Assembly: GCA_963769025.1 (NCBI GenBank)
Contig: CAVYKI010000009.1
Coordinates: 160,001 to 224,000, forward strand
Reading direction: 5' to 3'
Origin: an uncultured Verrucomicrobiae bacterium
GTDB taxonomy: Bacteria; Verrucomicrobiota; Verrucomicrobiia; Chthoniobacterales; Chthoniobacteraceae
DNA: 64,000 nucleotides
The notes under the pieces are model-generated. The model ran no database searches. It saw only the letters and a program-made list of their open reading frames with translations, and had not been told where the DNA came from. Shown piece after piece: positions 20,827 through 31,845 of the stretch (position 1 is its first letter; the number at the start of each line of letters is the position of its first letter). The position numbers and the translations under genes were made by a program.

Positions 20827-23134
20827 ACAGCACGTCTGCATCCACTGCGGCACGCCGTTCCGCCAGACTGCGCACCGTCCGGATTTCTGCTGCGCGGGCT
20901 GCCAGTTTGTCCACGGCCTGATCGCAAAGAACGGCCTCGGGCAATTCTACGATCTGCAGGAGGGAGGCGTGCCGCCTGTGCAGTCGCTCGTGTTTCAAAA
21001 GCGCGACTATGCATGGCTCGACGATCTCGCCCGTGTCTCGGACGGCAGGCTCCAACTCGACGTGCAAGGCCTTTCGTGCATCGGCTGTGCGTGGCTGATC
21101 GAGAGGCTTTTCACACGCAAGCCGGGCGCGCTCGCCATCCATGTCGATCCCACCCTCGGGCAATTCACGCTCCGCTGGCAGCCGGAGGTGTTCAATGTGG
21201 CGGCCTTCGCCCGCGAACTGCAGACCTTCGGCTACCTCGTCGGTCCGCCGGGAGAACAGGCCGCGCCTGCGAGTCGCGCATTGAATCTGCGACTTGGCCT
21301 TTGCGGTGCGCTGGCGCTGAACACGATGCTCTTCACGCTGCCGAGGTACCTCGGGATGGAGAGCGACTTCGAGTTTGCGGAGCTTTTTCACCGCCTCACG
21401 CTCATCCTAGGCACGCTCAGTTTTCTGATTGGCGGCAGCTATTTTTTTGTCCGCTCGTGGCACAGCATCCGTCAGCGCGTGCTGCACATCGACCTCCCGA
21501 TTTCGATCGGCCTCGTCGCCGCGTATGCAGGCTCCGTGTTCGCATGGAGGCGCGGCGCCCATGGTTTCGTCTATTTCGATTTCGTCTCCGCATTCACCTT
21601 CCTCATGCTCGCCGGGCGCTGGCTGCAGCAAAAGGCCGTCGAGCGAAACCGGAACCAGCTCCTCGCCGCGCAATCCGAACCTCCGCCGGTGCGGCTCGCG
21701 ACCGGGGAGAAAGTCCCCGTGGCGCGCCTCACCGCGGGCGATGTCTTCGCCGTCGATCCCGGTCACATCGTGCCGGTGCTCGGCCGCCTTTGCTCGGACG
21801 GTGCGACCCTTGGAATGGAATGGATCAGCGGTGAAAGCGAGGTGGCAAGTGCGCGGCGCGGACGCCTCGTGCCCGCCGGCGCCGTGAACTGCGGCCAGTC
21901 CGTAATCGAACTCGAGGCCCGCGAGTCGTGGGGCGATTCCCTCCTCGCGAAGCTGCTCCTCATCGTGCCAGCCGGCACTGCGCGCGACGCTGCATTGGAG
22001 CGGTTTCTCCGTGGCTATATCGCCGTTGTGCTCGGTCTTGCGGTTGGGGGATTCTGCGCCTGGTGGATCTCCACGGGTGCGTTGCTGCCGGCGTTGCAGG
22101 TGCTCATCTCGGTGCTCGTCGTCTCATGTCCGTGCGCGTCCGGCGTCGCGCTTCCGTTGTGCCGGGATCTCGCGGCGTCGCGGATGCGCCGGCACGGCGT
22201 TTTCATCCGCGACGGCGAGCTGTGGGCAAAGCTGGATCGCGTCCGCAAAATCATCTTCGACAAGACGGGCACGCTCACGCTCGAAGCCATGTCGCTGCTG
22301 AATCCCGGGGCGCTGCGCCGCCTTCACGCCGACGAGCGAGCGGTGCTCCTCGCCATGGTGAATGACAGCCTGCATCCCGTGAGCGGATGCCTGCGCGAAC
22401 AACTCCTCGCCGACCGGGTCGAACCGGCGGCTGGCGGACCCGTGCGTGAGACCGTCGGTTTCGGGCTCGAAATGGAACGCGAAGCCGCAACCTGGCGCCT
22501 GGGTCGCGCCGAATGGGCGGCACCCGGGGTGCCGGTGGCGGACTGTGTCTTCGCCCGTGACGGCGAGCCTCTCGCGGCATTCCGCTTCGGTGAATCCGCC
22601 CGCGACGATGCCCGGGAAGAAGTTGCGGCCCTGCGCGAGCGTGGCTGCGAAGTTTTCATCCTGAGTGGCGACCGTCGTGCGAAAGTGGACGCGATGGCGG
22701 AACGACTTCAGCTCCCGCGCGAGCGCTGCCTGGGTGAACTTTCGCCCGATGAGAAGGCGACGCGCGTCCGCGAGATCGACGCGCACGACACGCTCTATCT
22801 TGGCGACGGGGCGAATGACTCCCTTGCATTTGATGCCGCGTGGGTCAGCGGAACGCCTGCGATCGATCGCGGTCTCCTCGAGCGGAAGGCCGGATTCTAT
22901 TTCCTCGGCCGCGGACTCAGCGGCGTGCGCGAGCTCCTGGCGACCGCCGCGCTTCGGCGGCGCACTGCGCGCGGCGTGGTGGCATTTGCCATCGCGTACA
23001 ATGTCGTGGCCGTGGTCCTTTGCCTTGCCGGGATCATGAGTCCATTGCTCGCCGCCATCCTCATGCCCGCCAGTTCACTGATCTCGCTGGCGATCGTTTT
23101 CACCGGCTTCGCACGCGCGGCTGGGAAAGCGTGA
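20810..23134 (+). CDS. ccoI: Heavy-metal (Cu) P1B-type ATPase CcoI/FixI
   Basis: N-terminal CIHCG...FCCAGC, HMA CIGC, SCPC, FDKTGTLT, HP, GDGAND. Confidence 0.92.
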   Translation: MRAAIEQHVCIHCGTPFRQTAHRPDFCCAGCQFVHGLIAKNGLGQFYDLQEGGVPPVQSLVFQKRDYAWLDDLARVSDGRLQLDVQGLSCIGCAWLIERLFTRKPGALAIHVDPTLGQFTLRWQPEVFNVAAFARELQTFGYLVGPPGEQAAPASRALNLRLGLCGALALNTMLFTLPRYLGMESDFEFAELFHRLTLILGTLSFLIGGSYFFVRSWHSIRQRVLHIDLPISIGLVAAYAGSVFAWRRGAHGFVYFDFVSAFTFLMLAGRWLQQKAVERNRNQLLAAQSEPPPVRLATGEKVPVARLTAGDVFAVDPGHIVPVLGRLCSDGATLGMEWISGESEVASARRGRLVPAGAVNCGQSVIELEARESWGDSLLAKLLLIVPAGTARDAALERFLRGYIAVVLGLAVGGFCAWWISTGALLPALQVLISVLVVSCPCASGVALPLCRDLAASRMRRHGVFIRDGELWAKLDRVRKIIFDKTGTLTLEAMSLLNPGALRRLHADERAVLLAMVNDSLHPVSGCLREQLLADRVEPAAGGPVRETVGFGLEMEREAATWRLGRAEWAAPGVPVADCVFARDGEPLAAFRFGESARDDAREEVAALRERGCEVFILSGDRRAKVDAMAERLQLPRERCLGELSPDEKATRVREIDAHDTLYLGDGANDSLAFDAAWVSGTPAIDRGLLERKAGFYFLGRGLSGVRELLATAALRRRTARGVVAFAIAYNVVAVVLCLAGIMSPLLAAILMPASSLISLAIVFTGFARAAGKA

Positions 23135-23293
23135 ATTCGGGTTTCGCGGCATTGATTGCGCAGTGGGAACTCGGTCAACTTCCCGGCCGCGTTTCCTCAT
23201 GAAGTCCTCCCGCATGCTCCAAACACTTTGGATGGATAGGAAGGCGCTTCCGTGAGGCTCCAGACCGTCGAGGGCGGCATGAGCGTCGCGTGT

Positions 23294-24391
23294 TTACATC
23301 AGCGCCTCTGCCGCCGCGAGGGCGCGGAGGTAGATGCCGTGGCGGCTGCCGCGGGAGAGTTCCTCGTCGAGGATGTCGGCGAGCGCGGTGGAGTCGGCGG
23401 GGACGAGGTGGCGCGCGAGGCGGCCGTCCTTCCACGCGAGGGTGAGGTTCAGGTATTCGGCGCCCGTGGGATGGTCCACCGTGATGCTCACATCGTCGTG
23501 GACGAGGACGACGCGGTGGATGGGGGCGCCGGACGATTCGCTGAGTTCGCAGGCGACTTTTCCGCCCTCGGGTGTCGTGAAGGTGACCCGATTCGCGACA
23601 CCGGTCGCTGCCTCGATGCGCGCTGGCGCGTGGCCCTTGCTCCAGCCGAGCAGGGCGGCAAACCAGCCGAGGAGAAGGAGGGCTGTCGTGCGGGAACCGG
23701 GCGCGTGGGTGATGGCGAGGCTGCGCAGGGCGCGGATGCGCGCGGCGCCGTCGGGCGTGTCGTACATTTGCGCGATGGCCTGGCGGAGGTTTGCGCTGCG
23801 GACCCAGTTCAGGTCGCCGAGCACGGTGCGGCTGGCGGCGAATGCGGAGCTGTTCGTGGCGAGCGCGGCGTGCATGGCGGCAAACTGGCTGCGCGGGTCC
23901 GTCCACGCGCCGCTGTCGAAGATGAGGCGGTCCACCCAGCGCCAGATTTCGGCGTCCACCTGCTCGGGGCATTCGCAGCGCCACCAGAGGGTGAGCGGGA
24001 GATCGTAGTCGAGCTGGGAGAAAAGGAGGTTCGGCAGGAGTTCGCGCACCTTTCCCTGCACGAAGATGGACACCTGCTCGCAGCACACATGCTTCGCGCC
24101 GGCCTTCGGAAGGTAGCAGTTCGCATTCACCCACGCCTTCACCGAGGTCTCGGCGGCGTGCGGGTCGATGCCGATGAGGAGCGCGTGGAAGGAGTGGTTC
24201 CGCACGAAACGCGAGAGCAGTTCACTGCTGTCGCGCATGGCGGCCTCGCCTTCGCAGATGATGGCGAAATTGATCAGCGATGCGCGCGTCCGTGTCTTGT
24301 CGGCCTGCCAGAGCTTCTTCAGCTCGCGGGAGATGGCGGAGATTTCGACAGGCGTGCCGAAGTTCGCGCTGGGTGCGGGCTCGGTCGGCAT
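23294..24391 (-). CDS. opcA: Glucose-6-phosphate dehydrogenase assembly protein OpcA
   Basis: LKKLW, RASLIN, VCCEQV, DLPLTLWW, RLIFDS, DLNW.R; directly follows zwf. Confidence 0.88.
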   Translation of the reverse strand: MPTEPAPSANFGTPVEISAISRELKKLWQADKTRTRASLINFAIICEGEAAMRDSSELLSRFVRNHSFHALLIGIDPHAAETSVKAWVNANCYLPKAGAKHVCCEQVSIFVQGKVRELLPNLLFSQLDYDLPLTLWWRCECPEQVDAEIWRWVDRLIFDSGAWTDPRSQFAAMHAALATNSSAFAASRTVLGDLNWVRSANLRQAIAQMYDTPDGAARIRALRSLAITHAPGSRTTALLLLGWFAALLGWSKGHAPARIEAATGVANRVTFTTPEGGKVACELSESSGAPIHRVVLVHDDVSITVDHPTGAEYLNLTLAWKDGRLARHLVPADSTALADILDEELSRGSRHGIYLRALAAAEALM

Positions 24392-24393
24392 GG

Positions 24394-25938
24394 CTACATC
24401 CTCCGCCAGGCGTGGCCGTCGCGCGCGAGCAGTTCGTCGGCTTCCTTCGGGCCCCAGGTGCCGGCGGCGTATTCGCAGAGCGCGGACTTCGTGCCTTCCG
24501 CGTGCCACGCGTTCTCGATGGCGTCCACGAACTTCCACGCCTCCTGCACCTCGTCGCGCCGGGCGAAGAGCGTCGCGTCGCCGCTCATCGCGTCGAGGAT
24601 GAGACGTTCGTAGGCCTCGGGGCTCTGTTTTCCAAAGCTCGCGCCGTAGTGGAAATCCATCTTCACCGGCTCGATGCGGAGCACGCTGCCCGGGACTCTT
24701 GATTGGAGCCGCAGCGAGATGCCCTCGTCCGGCTGGATGCGGATGACGAGCTGGTTCGGCCCGAGCGGCGAGTCGGCGTCGGTGTTGAAAAGCACGCGCG
24801 GCGCTTCCTTGAACTGCACGGCGATCTCCGCGCCGCCCTTCGCGAGCCGCTTGCCGACGCGCATGTAGAAGGGCACGCCGTGCCAGCGCCAGTTGTCGAT
24901 GTGGAGCTTCAGCGCGACATACGTCTCGGTCATTGAGGTCGGGCTCACCCGTTCCTCCTCGCGGTAGGCGGGGACGGCCTTGCCGTTGATCGCGCCCGCG
25001 GCGTACTGCCCGCGAACGACGTCGCGCGCGACATCCTCCGGCGAAAGACGGCGGAGCGAACGGACGACCTTGGCCTTTTCATCGCGCACGGCGTCGGCGG
25101 TGAGGCTCGTCGGCGGCTCCATCGCGGTGAGGCACACGAGCTGGAGCAGATGGCTCTGCACCATGTCGCGCAGCGCGCCCGCCTTTTCATAATACGGCCC
25201 GCGCCCCTCGACGCCGAGCGTCTCCGCCGAGGTGATCTGCACGTGGTCGATGTAGCGGTTGTTCCACTGGTTCTCGAAGATCTGGTTCGCGAACCGCAGC
25301 ACCATGATGTTCTGCGCGGTCTCCTTGCCGAGATAGTGGTCGATGCGGAAGGTGTCGCGCTCGGCGAATGCGTGCGCGATCGATTCGTTCAGCTCCTCCG
25401 CGCTGGCGAGGTCGGTGCCAAACGGCTTCTCGACGATCACGCGCGTCCACGCTCCCGCGCGCGGCTTGTTCAGCCCGCTCGCGGCGAGCTGTCGCAGGAT
25501 GAGATCGTAGTCCGTCGGCGAGACGGAGAGGTAGAAAAGGCGGTTGCCGGCCGCACTGCCCGCGGAGTCGATGGCGTCGAGCTTTTCGCGCAGAGCGCGG
25601 TAGCCCTCGGCATTCGTGAAATCGCTGCACTGGTAGTGGATCCGCTTCGAGAAGCCCGACCACACGTCCTCGTTGATTCCCGAGCGCGAGCATTTCGCGG
25701 TCGTCTCCTTGAGCTCCGTGCGCCACGATTCGTCCGTCTTTTCGCGCCGCGCAAAGCCCACGATGTTCGTCGCCGCCGGGAGGTCGCCGTCGGCGGCGAG
25801 ATTGTAGAGCGCCGGGATCAGTTTGCGGAAAGTGAGATCCCCGGACGCGCCGAAGATCACCACGTTGCACGGCTGCGGCATGGGCCTGCTGGCAAGCCCC
25901 TCGCGGAGCGGATTGGATGGATTTTGTTCGTTGCTCAC
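24394..25938 (-). CDS. zwf: Glucose-6-phosphate 1-dehydrogenase
   Basis: IFGASGDL, VEKPFG, RIDHYLGKE, RWHGVPFY, IRIQPDEG; GTG start inferred. Confidence 0.97.
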   Translation of the reverse strand: MSNEQNPSNPLREGLASRPMPQPCNVVIFGASGDLTFRKLIPALYNLAADGDLPAATNIVGFARREKTDESWRTELKETTAKCSRSGINEDVWSGFSKRIHYQCSDFTNAEGYRALREKLDAIDSAGSAAGNRLFYLSVSPTDYDLILRQLAASGLNKPRAGAWTRVIVEKPFGTDLASAEELNESIAHAFAERDTFRIDHYLGKETAQNIMVLRFANQIFENQWNNRYIDHVQITSAETLGVEGRGPYYEKAGALRDMVQSHLLQLVCLTAMEPPTSLTADAVRDEKAKVVRSLRRLSPEDVARDVVRGQYAAGAINGKAVPAYREEERVSPTSMTETYVALKLHIDNWRWHGVPFYMRVGKRLAKGGAEIAVQFKEAPRVLFNTDADSPLGPNQLVIRIQPDEGISLRLQSRVPGSVLRIEPVKMDFHYGASFGKQSPEAYERLILDAMSGDATLFARRDEVQEAWKFVDAIENAWHAEGTKSALCEYAAGTWGPKEADELLARDGHAWRRM

Positions 25939-26047
25939 TGGTGTCACCTTGCCTCCGACAATGTGGACGCGCGCGAAGCGGTTCAATCGGAAACATCTTT
26001 TCGTTTGCGCGTCGCGCGATGGCACGGCAGAAAGCGCGCAGGGAATT

Positions 26048-28823
26048 ATGCAGGGAACCACCAAGCCGGATTATCTGGCCATTGGCTTCGAGCAGATTGA
26101 CCGCGATCTGGGGCTCCTCATGGAGTCCTTCGCGGACGTGCTGCGCGGGCTGGGGCACACTGAACTAGCGGACCATCTGCCGTGGACCGGCCGGTCATTG
26201 CCGCAATGGGATCCGGAGCGTTTGCCGGAGCGCCTCGACCTCGCGTACTCGGTGGCATTCCAGCTCCTGAACATGGTCGAGGAAAATGCCGCCGGCACCA
26301 TGCGTGAGCTGCGCGAGGAGCACGAGGGGCTCACGGCGGAGCACGGTCTGTGGGGCAGCCAGCTCGCGCGGCTCAAGGAATGCGGCGTGTCCGCCGATGA
26401 CATCGCGGCCCTGCTCCCGCGCATCCGCGTGGAGCCGGTGCTCACGGCGCATCCCACCGAGGCAAAGCGCCTGTCGGTGCTCGATCATCACCGGATGCTT
26501 TTCGCGCTGCTCCAGCGCTCCGGGAGCGAGCCGCGGACTGCGACCGGCGTGCGCCGCATCGCGGACGAACTGCGCGCGGCGCTCGAGCGGCTGTGGCGGA
26601 CGGGCGAGATCCTTTTGGAAAAGCCGACGCTCACCGACGAACGCCGCAACGTGATGCACTACCTGCGCGACGTGTTCCCATCCGTGCTGCCGGTGCTCGA
26701 CGAACGGCTGCGCATCGCGTGGGAAAGCGCGGGATTCGACGTCGCGCCGCTGCGCAAGCCGGGCGCGATGCCGCGGCTGTGCTTCGGCACGTGGGTCGGC
26801 GGCGATCGCGACGGACATCCCGGCGTGACGGCGGAAGTGACGCGGGAAAATCTCGAACGGCTGCGGACGAATGCGCTGCTCGTGCATCACCGGAGCCTCG
26901 CCGCGCTCGCGCAAAAGCTCACGCTCACGACGTGGATGCAGCCGCCGCCCGAGGCGCTGACCGGGGGAATCGCACGCCTCGCGGAACTGCTCGGCGAGTC
27001 CGCGAAGCCGCTCCTCGCGAGCCACGCCGAGGAACCGTGGAGGCAGTTCGTGGAGCTGATGCTCGCGCGCATCCCGATCGGAATCGCTCAGGGCCAGGCG
27101 GCGCAGATCCGGCAGGGTGCGACGTTTTACCGTGAACGCAGCGAATTCGCGGCGGACCTCGCCATTCTCCACGACTCACTCGTGGAGGCGGGTGCCCGCC
27201 GGCTCGCGGAATCGGACATCGAGCCGATCCAGCGCGCACTGGAGGTTTTCGGCTTTCACCTCGCTCATCTCGACATCCGGCAAAACTCCGCATTCCACGC
27301 AAAGGCGCTCGGCCAACTCATGTCCGCCTCGGGCATCGACGGCAGCCAGTGGGAGGACTGGACCGAGACCGAGCGGCTGCGTTTCCTCGAGCGGGAACTG
27401 CGCTCGCCGCGTCCATTCCTGCATCCCGCCGCGAGCGCCGGGCCGGAGGCGGATGCCGTGCTCGGCTGCTATCGCGTCCTCGCGCAGCACCTCGCAAATT
27501 TCGGCCCGGACGGAATCGGCGCGCTCATCGTGAGCATGACGCGCCGCCTTTCCGATCTGCTCGTCGTGTACGTGCTCGCGCGCGAAGCGGGGCTGCTGCG
27601 GAGTCTCCCCGAGGGGATCGTCTGCCTGCTGCCGGTCGTGCCGCTCTTTGAAACGGCGGACGATCTCGAGGCCGGCCCGGACATGTTGCGGAAATTCATC
27701 GAGCAGCCCGTCACGCGGCGCAGCCTGGAATTCCACGCCGCGCGCGACGGGCGCCCCGGCGAGATGGTGCAGCAGGTGATGGTCGGCTACAGCGACAGCA
27801 ACAAGGACGCGGGCATCATCGCGAGCCAATGGGCGCTGCATTGCGCGCAGGCTCAACTCGCCGCGGTCGGTGCGCACACGGGCGTGGGCATCCGCTTTTT
27901 CCACGGCCGCGGCGGCACCGTGAGCCGCGGCGCGGGACCGACGCATCGCTTTCTCGACGCACTGCCGCAGGGCTCGCTCGGCGGCGACATCCGGCTCACC
28001 GAGCAGGGCGAGACCATCGCGCAGAAATTCGCGAACCTCTCGACCGCCGCCTACAACCTCGAACTGCTCATGGCCGGCGTGACCGCCACGACCTGCCGCA
28101 CGCAGCCGGCCCGCCGGCTCGCCGCATCCGCTCGCGCCGATCGTTGCGAAGCTCTCCACGGCGAGCCGCAAGGCCTACCGCGCGCTCGTCGAGCACGAGG
28201 GCTTCCTCCCGTTTTACCGCGAGGCGACGCCGATCGACGCGCTCGAGCAGAGCCGCATCGGCTCGCGCCCGTCGCGCCGGACCGGGCAGGCGAGCCTCGC
28301 GGATCTGCGCGCGATTCCGTGGGTGTTTTCGTGGAACCAGGCGCGCTTCTACCTGCCCGGCTGGTACGGCGCGGGCACCGCGCTCGCGTCGCTCGATGAG
28401 GATGAATTTGCACGCCTCGGCGCCGATGTGCGCGGCTGGCCCTTCCTCCATTACCTGCTCACGAATGTGGAATCCTCGCTCGCCAGCAGCGACCGCGAAC
28501 TGATGCTCGCCTACGCCTCGCTCGTCACGGATGAGGCAATCCGCGAGCAGGTTTCCGGCATCATCCTCGCGGAATGGGAACTCACGCGCGAGATGATCGA
28601 CCGGCTGCGCGGCCGCGCGATGGAAGTGCGCCGCCCGCGGATGTCGAAGACGCTCAACCTCCGCGCCGAGGCGCTGCGCATCCTGCACGGCCAGCAGATC
28701 GCCCTGCTGCGGCGCTGGCGCGGGTTGCTCGCCGCCGGGGATGAAACCGCCGCCGGCGCGATGCTTCCCGACCTGCTGCTGAGCATCAACGCCATCGCCA
28801 GCGGACTGCGCACCACGGGCTGA
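26048..28823 (+). CDS. ppc: Phosphoenolpyruvate carboxylase (frameshift near 28090-28120)
   Basis: VLTAHPTE, GGDRDG, QVMVGYSDSNKD, FHGRGGTVSRG; second frame has IGSRP, LRAIPWVFSW, GLRTTG. Confidence 0.93.
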
Positions 28824-28880
28824 GTTGCGCGCAATTCCCGCGTTGCGCCTGCGGGCGGCATCTGGCGAAGCTCGCAGGAC

Positions 28881-30512
28881 ATGCTCATCCAGCGACTCCA
28901 CCCCGACGACGACGCCATCGTGGCCCTGCGCGATTTGCGCGCGGGCGAAACCGTTTCACTCGACGGGACGCAGTGGACGCTGCGGACGGACATCGCGGCG
29001 AAGCACAAGTTTGCCGCGCGGGATTTTGCCGCGGGCGAACTGGTGAAAATGTACGGCACGGTCGTCGGGCAGGCGCGCGGCGCGATTGCGTGCGGCGAGC
29101 TGCTGTCGCAGGCAAATGTCGCGCACGCCGTGGCTCCGGCCGCGGTGCGCAGCTCCGGTTTTCAATGGACTCCGCCGGACGTGAAGCGCTGGGCCGGCCG
29201 GACGTTCGACGGCTACCGGCGCGCGGACGGGCGCTGCGGAACGGCGAACCACTGGCTCGTGGTGCCGCTGGTGTTTTGCGAAAACAGAAACCTCGAGGTG
29301 ATGCGCGAGGCGCTCACGAAGGGACTCGGCTACGACGTGACCACGCCGTACGCGGACTTCGTCGGCAGGCTTGCGGGCGCGATGCGCGGCGGTGCGTCGC
29401 TCGATGAAATTCACCTGCATGGCGGAGACGCGGCGACGCGCGTTTTCCCGCATGTGGATGGCGTGAAATTTTTGCAGCACAGCATGGGCTGCGGCGGCAC
29501 GCGGCAGGATGCGCGCGCGCTGTGCGGATTGCTTGCCGGATACATTTCGCATCCGAATGTCGCAGGCGCGACGGTCCTCAGCCTCGGCTGCCAGAACGCG
29601 GAGGTGAAGACGCTGATGGAGGAGCTCGCGAAGCGCAGCCCGGACAATGCGAAGCCGCTGCTGGTTTTCGAGCAGCAGAAGAGCACGTCCGAGCGCGACC
29701 TGATGGAGCGCGCGCTGCGCGAGACGTTTCGCGGGATCGCCGCCGCAAACGAACTGCGCCGCGAACCGCTGCCGCTCAGCGAACTCGTGCTCGGGCTGAA
29801 ATGCGGCGGTTCGGATGGCTTCTCGGGCATCTCGGCGAATCCCGCGCTGGGCCACTGCGCAGACCTGCTCGCCGCGCTCGGAGGCTCGTCGGTGCTCTGC
29901 GAATTTCCCGAGCTGTGCGGCGCGGAACAATGGCTGTGCGACCGCTGCGAGGATCCCGCGCTCGCGGAACGCTTCCTGGATCTCATGCGCCGCTATGCCG
30001 AGCGGGCGCACGCGGTCGGCTCGGGCTTCGACATGAATCCCTCGCCCGGCAACATCCGCGACGGGCTGATCACCGACGCGATGAAGAGCCTCGGCGCCGC
30101 GCGAAAGGGCGGGGGAGCGCCCGTCGTGGATGTGCTCGATTATCCGGAACCCGTCACGAGACGCAGCGGCCTCACCTTGCTCTGCACGCCCGGCAGCGAT
30201 GTCGAGGCGACGAGCGCGCTCACGGGAAGCGGTTGCAATGTGATCGTCTTCACGACCGGCCTCGGCACGCCGACGGGAAATCCCGTCTGCCCCGTGATCA
30301 AAATGGCGACGAACACCGAGCTCGCGACGCGCATGGCGGACATCATCGATTTCGACGCCGGCGGAATCGTCGGCGGCGCGAAGACAATCCCCGATGTCGG
30401 CGCGGAACTGCTCGACCACATCATCGAAGTCGCCAGCGGTCGCGCGATTCCCGCAGCCGTGCGGCTCGGGCAGGACGACTTCATCCCGTGGAAGCGCGGC
30501 GTTTCGCTCTGA
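28881..30512 (+). CDS. uxaA: Altronate dehydratase (UxaA/GarD family)
   Basis: N-terminal SAF domain, GYRRADG, H.MGCGG, LKCGGSDGFSG, NPSPGN, FTTGLGTP. Confidence 0.9.
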   Translation: MLIQRLHPDDDAIVALRDLRAGETVSLDGTQWTLRTDIAAKHKFAARDFAAGELVKMYGTVVGQARGAIACGELLSQANVAHAVAPAAVRSSGFQWTPPDVKRWAGRTFDGYRRADGRCGTANHWLVVPLVFCENRNLEVMREALTKGLGYDVTTPYADFVGRLAGAMRGGASLDEIHLHGGDAATRVFPHVDGVKFLQHSMGCGGTRQDARALCGLLAGYISHPNVAGATVLSLGCQNAEVKTLMEELAKRSPDNAKPLLVFEQQKSTSERDLMERALRETFRGIAAANELRREPLPLSELVLGLKCGGSDGFSGISANPALGHCADLLAALGGSSVLCEFPELCGAEQWLCDRCEDPALAERFLDLMRRYAERAHAVGSGFDMNPSPGNIRDGLITDAMKSLGAARKGGGAPVVDVLDYPEPVTRRSGLTLLCTPGSDVEATSALTGSGCNVIVFTTGLGTPTGNPVCPVIKMATNTELATRMADIIDFDAGGIVGGAKTIPDVGAELLDHIIEVASGRAIPAAVRLGQDDFIPWKRGVSL

Positions 30513-30520
30513 GGCAAGGC

Positions 30521-30583
30521 ATCCGCAGATTGGAGCAGATTTTCAGGCATCTCCCGCTGCGAAAATCTGCGCAATCTGCGGAT
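30521..30583. repeat. REP-like imperfect inverted repeat
   Basis: ATCCGCAGATTGGAGCAGATTTTC ... GAAAATCTGCGCAATCTGCGGAT. Confidence 0.7.
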
Positions 30584-30642
30584 TCGACTTCCGGCGAATC
30601 GCAGTTGGCACGGAGCGGGAAGTGAGTGCTATCTTGAGGCCA

Positions 30643-31833
30643 ATGATCCGAATCCTTGCTTCCTTCCTGTTTGCCGCAGCCTTGAGCGCGAATGCCGCCG
30701 TCGAGCTCGGGATCGATGTCCTCAAATCCCAGGGCTTCGCGTCGCTCGAGGGAAAGCGCGTGGGCCTGGTGACCAACCAGACGGGCGTCGATTCGTCCGG
30801 GACGAAGACGCGGATGATTTTCCACAAGGCGAAGAATGTCCAACTGGTCGCGCTTTACTCGCCCGAGCACGGCATCGATGGCACCGCGCTCGCGGGGAAA
30901 TACGTGGCCACCCGCAAGGACCCGGCGACCGGACTCACCGTCCATTCGCTGTACGGCCCGACGCGGAAGCCGACGGCGGAGATGCTGCGCGGCGTCGATG
31001 TGCTCGTGTATGACATGCAGGACATCGGCGTGCGCAGCTACACCTACGTCTCGACGATGGGGCGGTGCATGGAGGCATGCGGCGAGCAGAAGATCCCCTT
31101 CATGGTGCTCGACCGTCCGAACCCGCTCGGCGGGCTGCGGGTCGAGGGCCCTGGCATTGAAGACAGTTGGAAGAGCTTCGTGGGCCAGTTCCCTGTGCCG
31201 TACGTGCACGGGCTTACCGCCGGCGAACTCGCGAAAATGGCGAACGCCCGCGGCTGGATGGAGAGCCGCTGCCAGCTCACCGTCGTGCCGATGCAGGGAT
31301 GGAGCCGCGACATGACGTGGAGCCGCACCGGCCTCCGCTGGGTGCAGACTTCGCCGAACATCCCGCGTTCCGGTTCGGTGGCGTATTATGCCGCGACGAG
31401 CATTTTCGGCTCCCTCGAAGGGGCGGCGCTCGATGTGGGAATCGGCTCCGCCGAGCCATTTCAGATCGCGGGAAAGGCGCGGATGAATCCCGTTGCCTTC
31501 GTGCGCGAGCTTCGTGCGATCGGGCTGCAAAGCCTGAGCGTGGACCCGTATCTCCGGAAGGATTTTGGCGGCGCGCGCCTCAGCCTCACGGCGGACAGCG
31601 ACGTGAACCTTGCCGCGATCAACGTCCAGCTGCTTGCCGTCGCGCAGAAGCTTTCCAACGGGAGCATCTTCGCGCGCTACAAGGACAAGGACGACCTCTT
31701 TTGGAAGATCTACGGCAGCACGGGCATCCGCTCGCAGATCGAGAAAGGCGTGAGCCCGGCGACGATTGTCGCGAGCTGGCAAGCCGGCGTTGCGCGCTTC
31801 CGGGAGGCGCGCCAGTCGTACCTGCTTTACTGA
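30643..31833 (+). CDS. DUF1343 / NamZ-like exo-beta-N-acetylmuramidase
   Basis: Signal peptide; RVGLVTNQTG, PEHG, SLYG, DMQDIGVRSYTY, LDRPNP, TSPNIP. Confidence 0.9.
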   Translation: MIRILASFLFAAALSANAAVELGIDVLKSQGFASLEGKRVGLVTNQTGVDSSGTKTRMIFHKAKNVQLVALYSPEHGIDGTALAGKYVATRKDPATGLTVHSLYGPTRKPTAEMLRGVDVLVYDMQDIGVRSYTYVSTMGRCMEACGEQKIPFMVLDRPNPLGGLRVEGPGIEDSWKSFVGQFPVPYVHGLTAGELAKMANARGWMESRCQLTVVPMQGWSRDMTWSRTGLRWVQTSPNIPRSGSVAYYAATSIFGSLEGAALDVGIGSAEPFQIAGKARMNPVAFVRELRAIGLQSLSVDPYLRKDFGGARLSLTADSDVNLAAINVQLLAVAQKLSNGSIFARYKDKDDLFWKIYGSTGIRSQIEKGVSPATIVASWQAGVARFREARQSYLLY

Positions 31834-31845
31834 CCGCGACACGCG

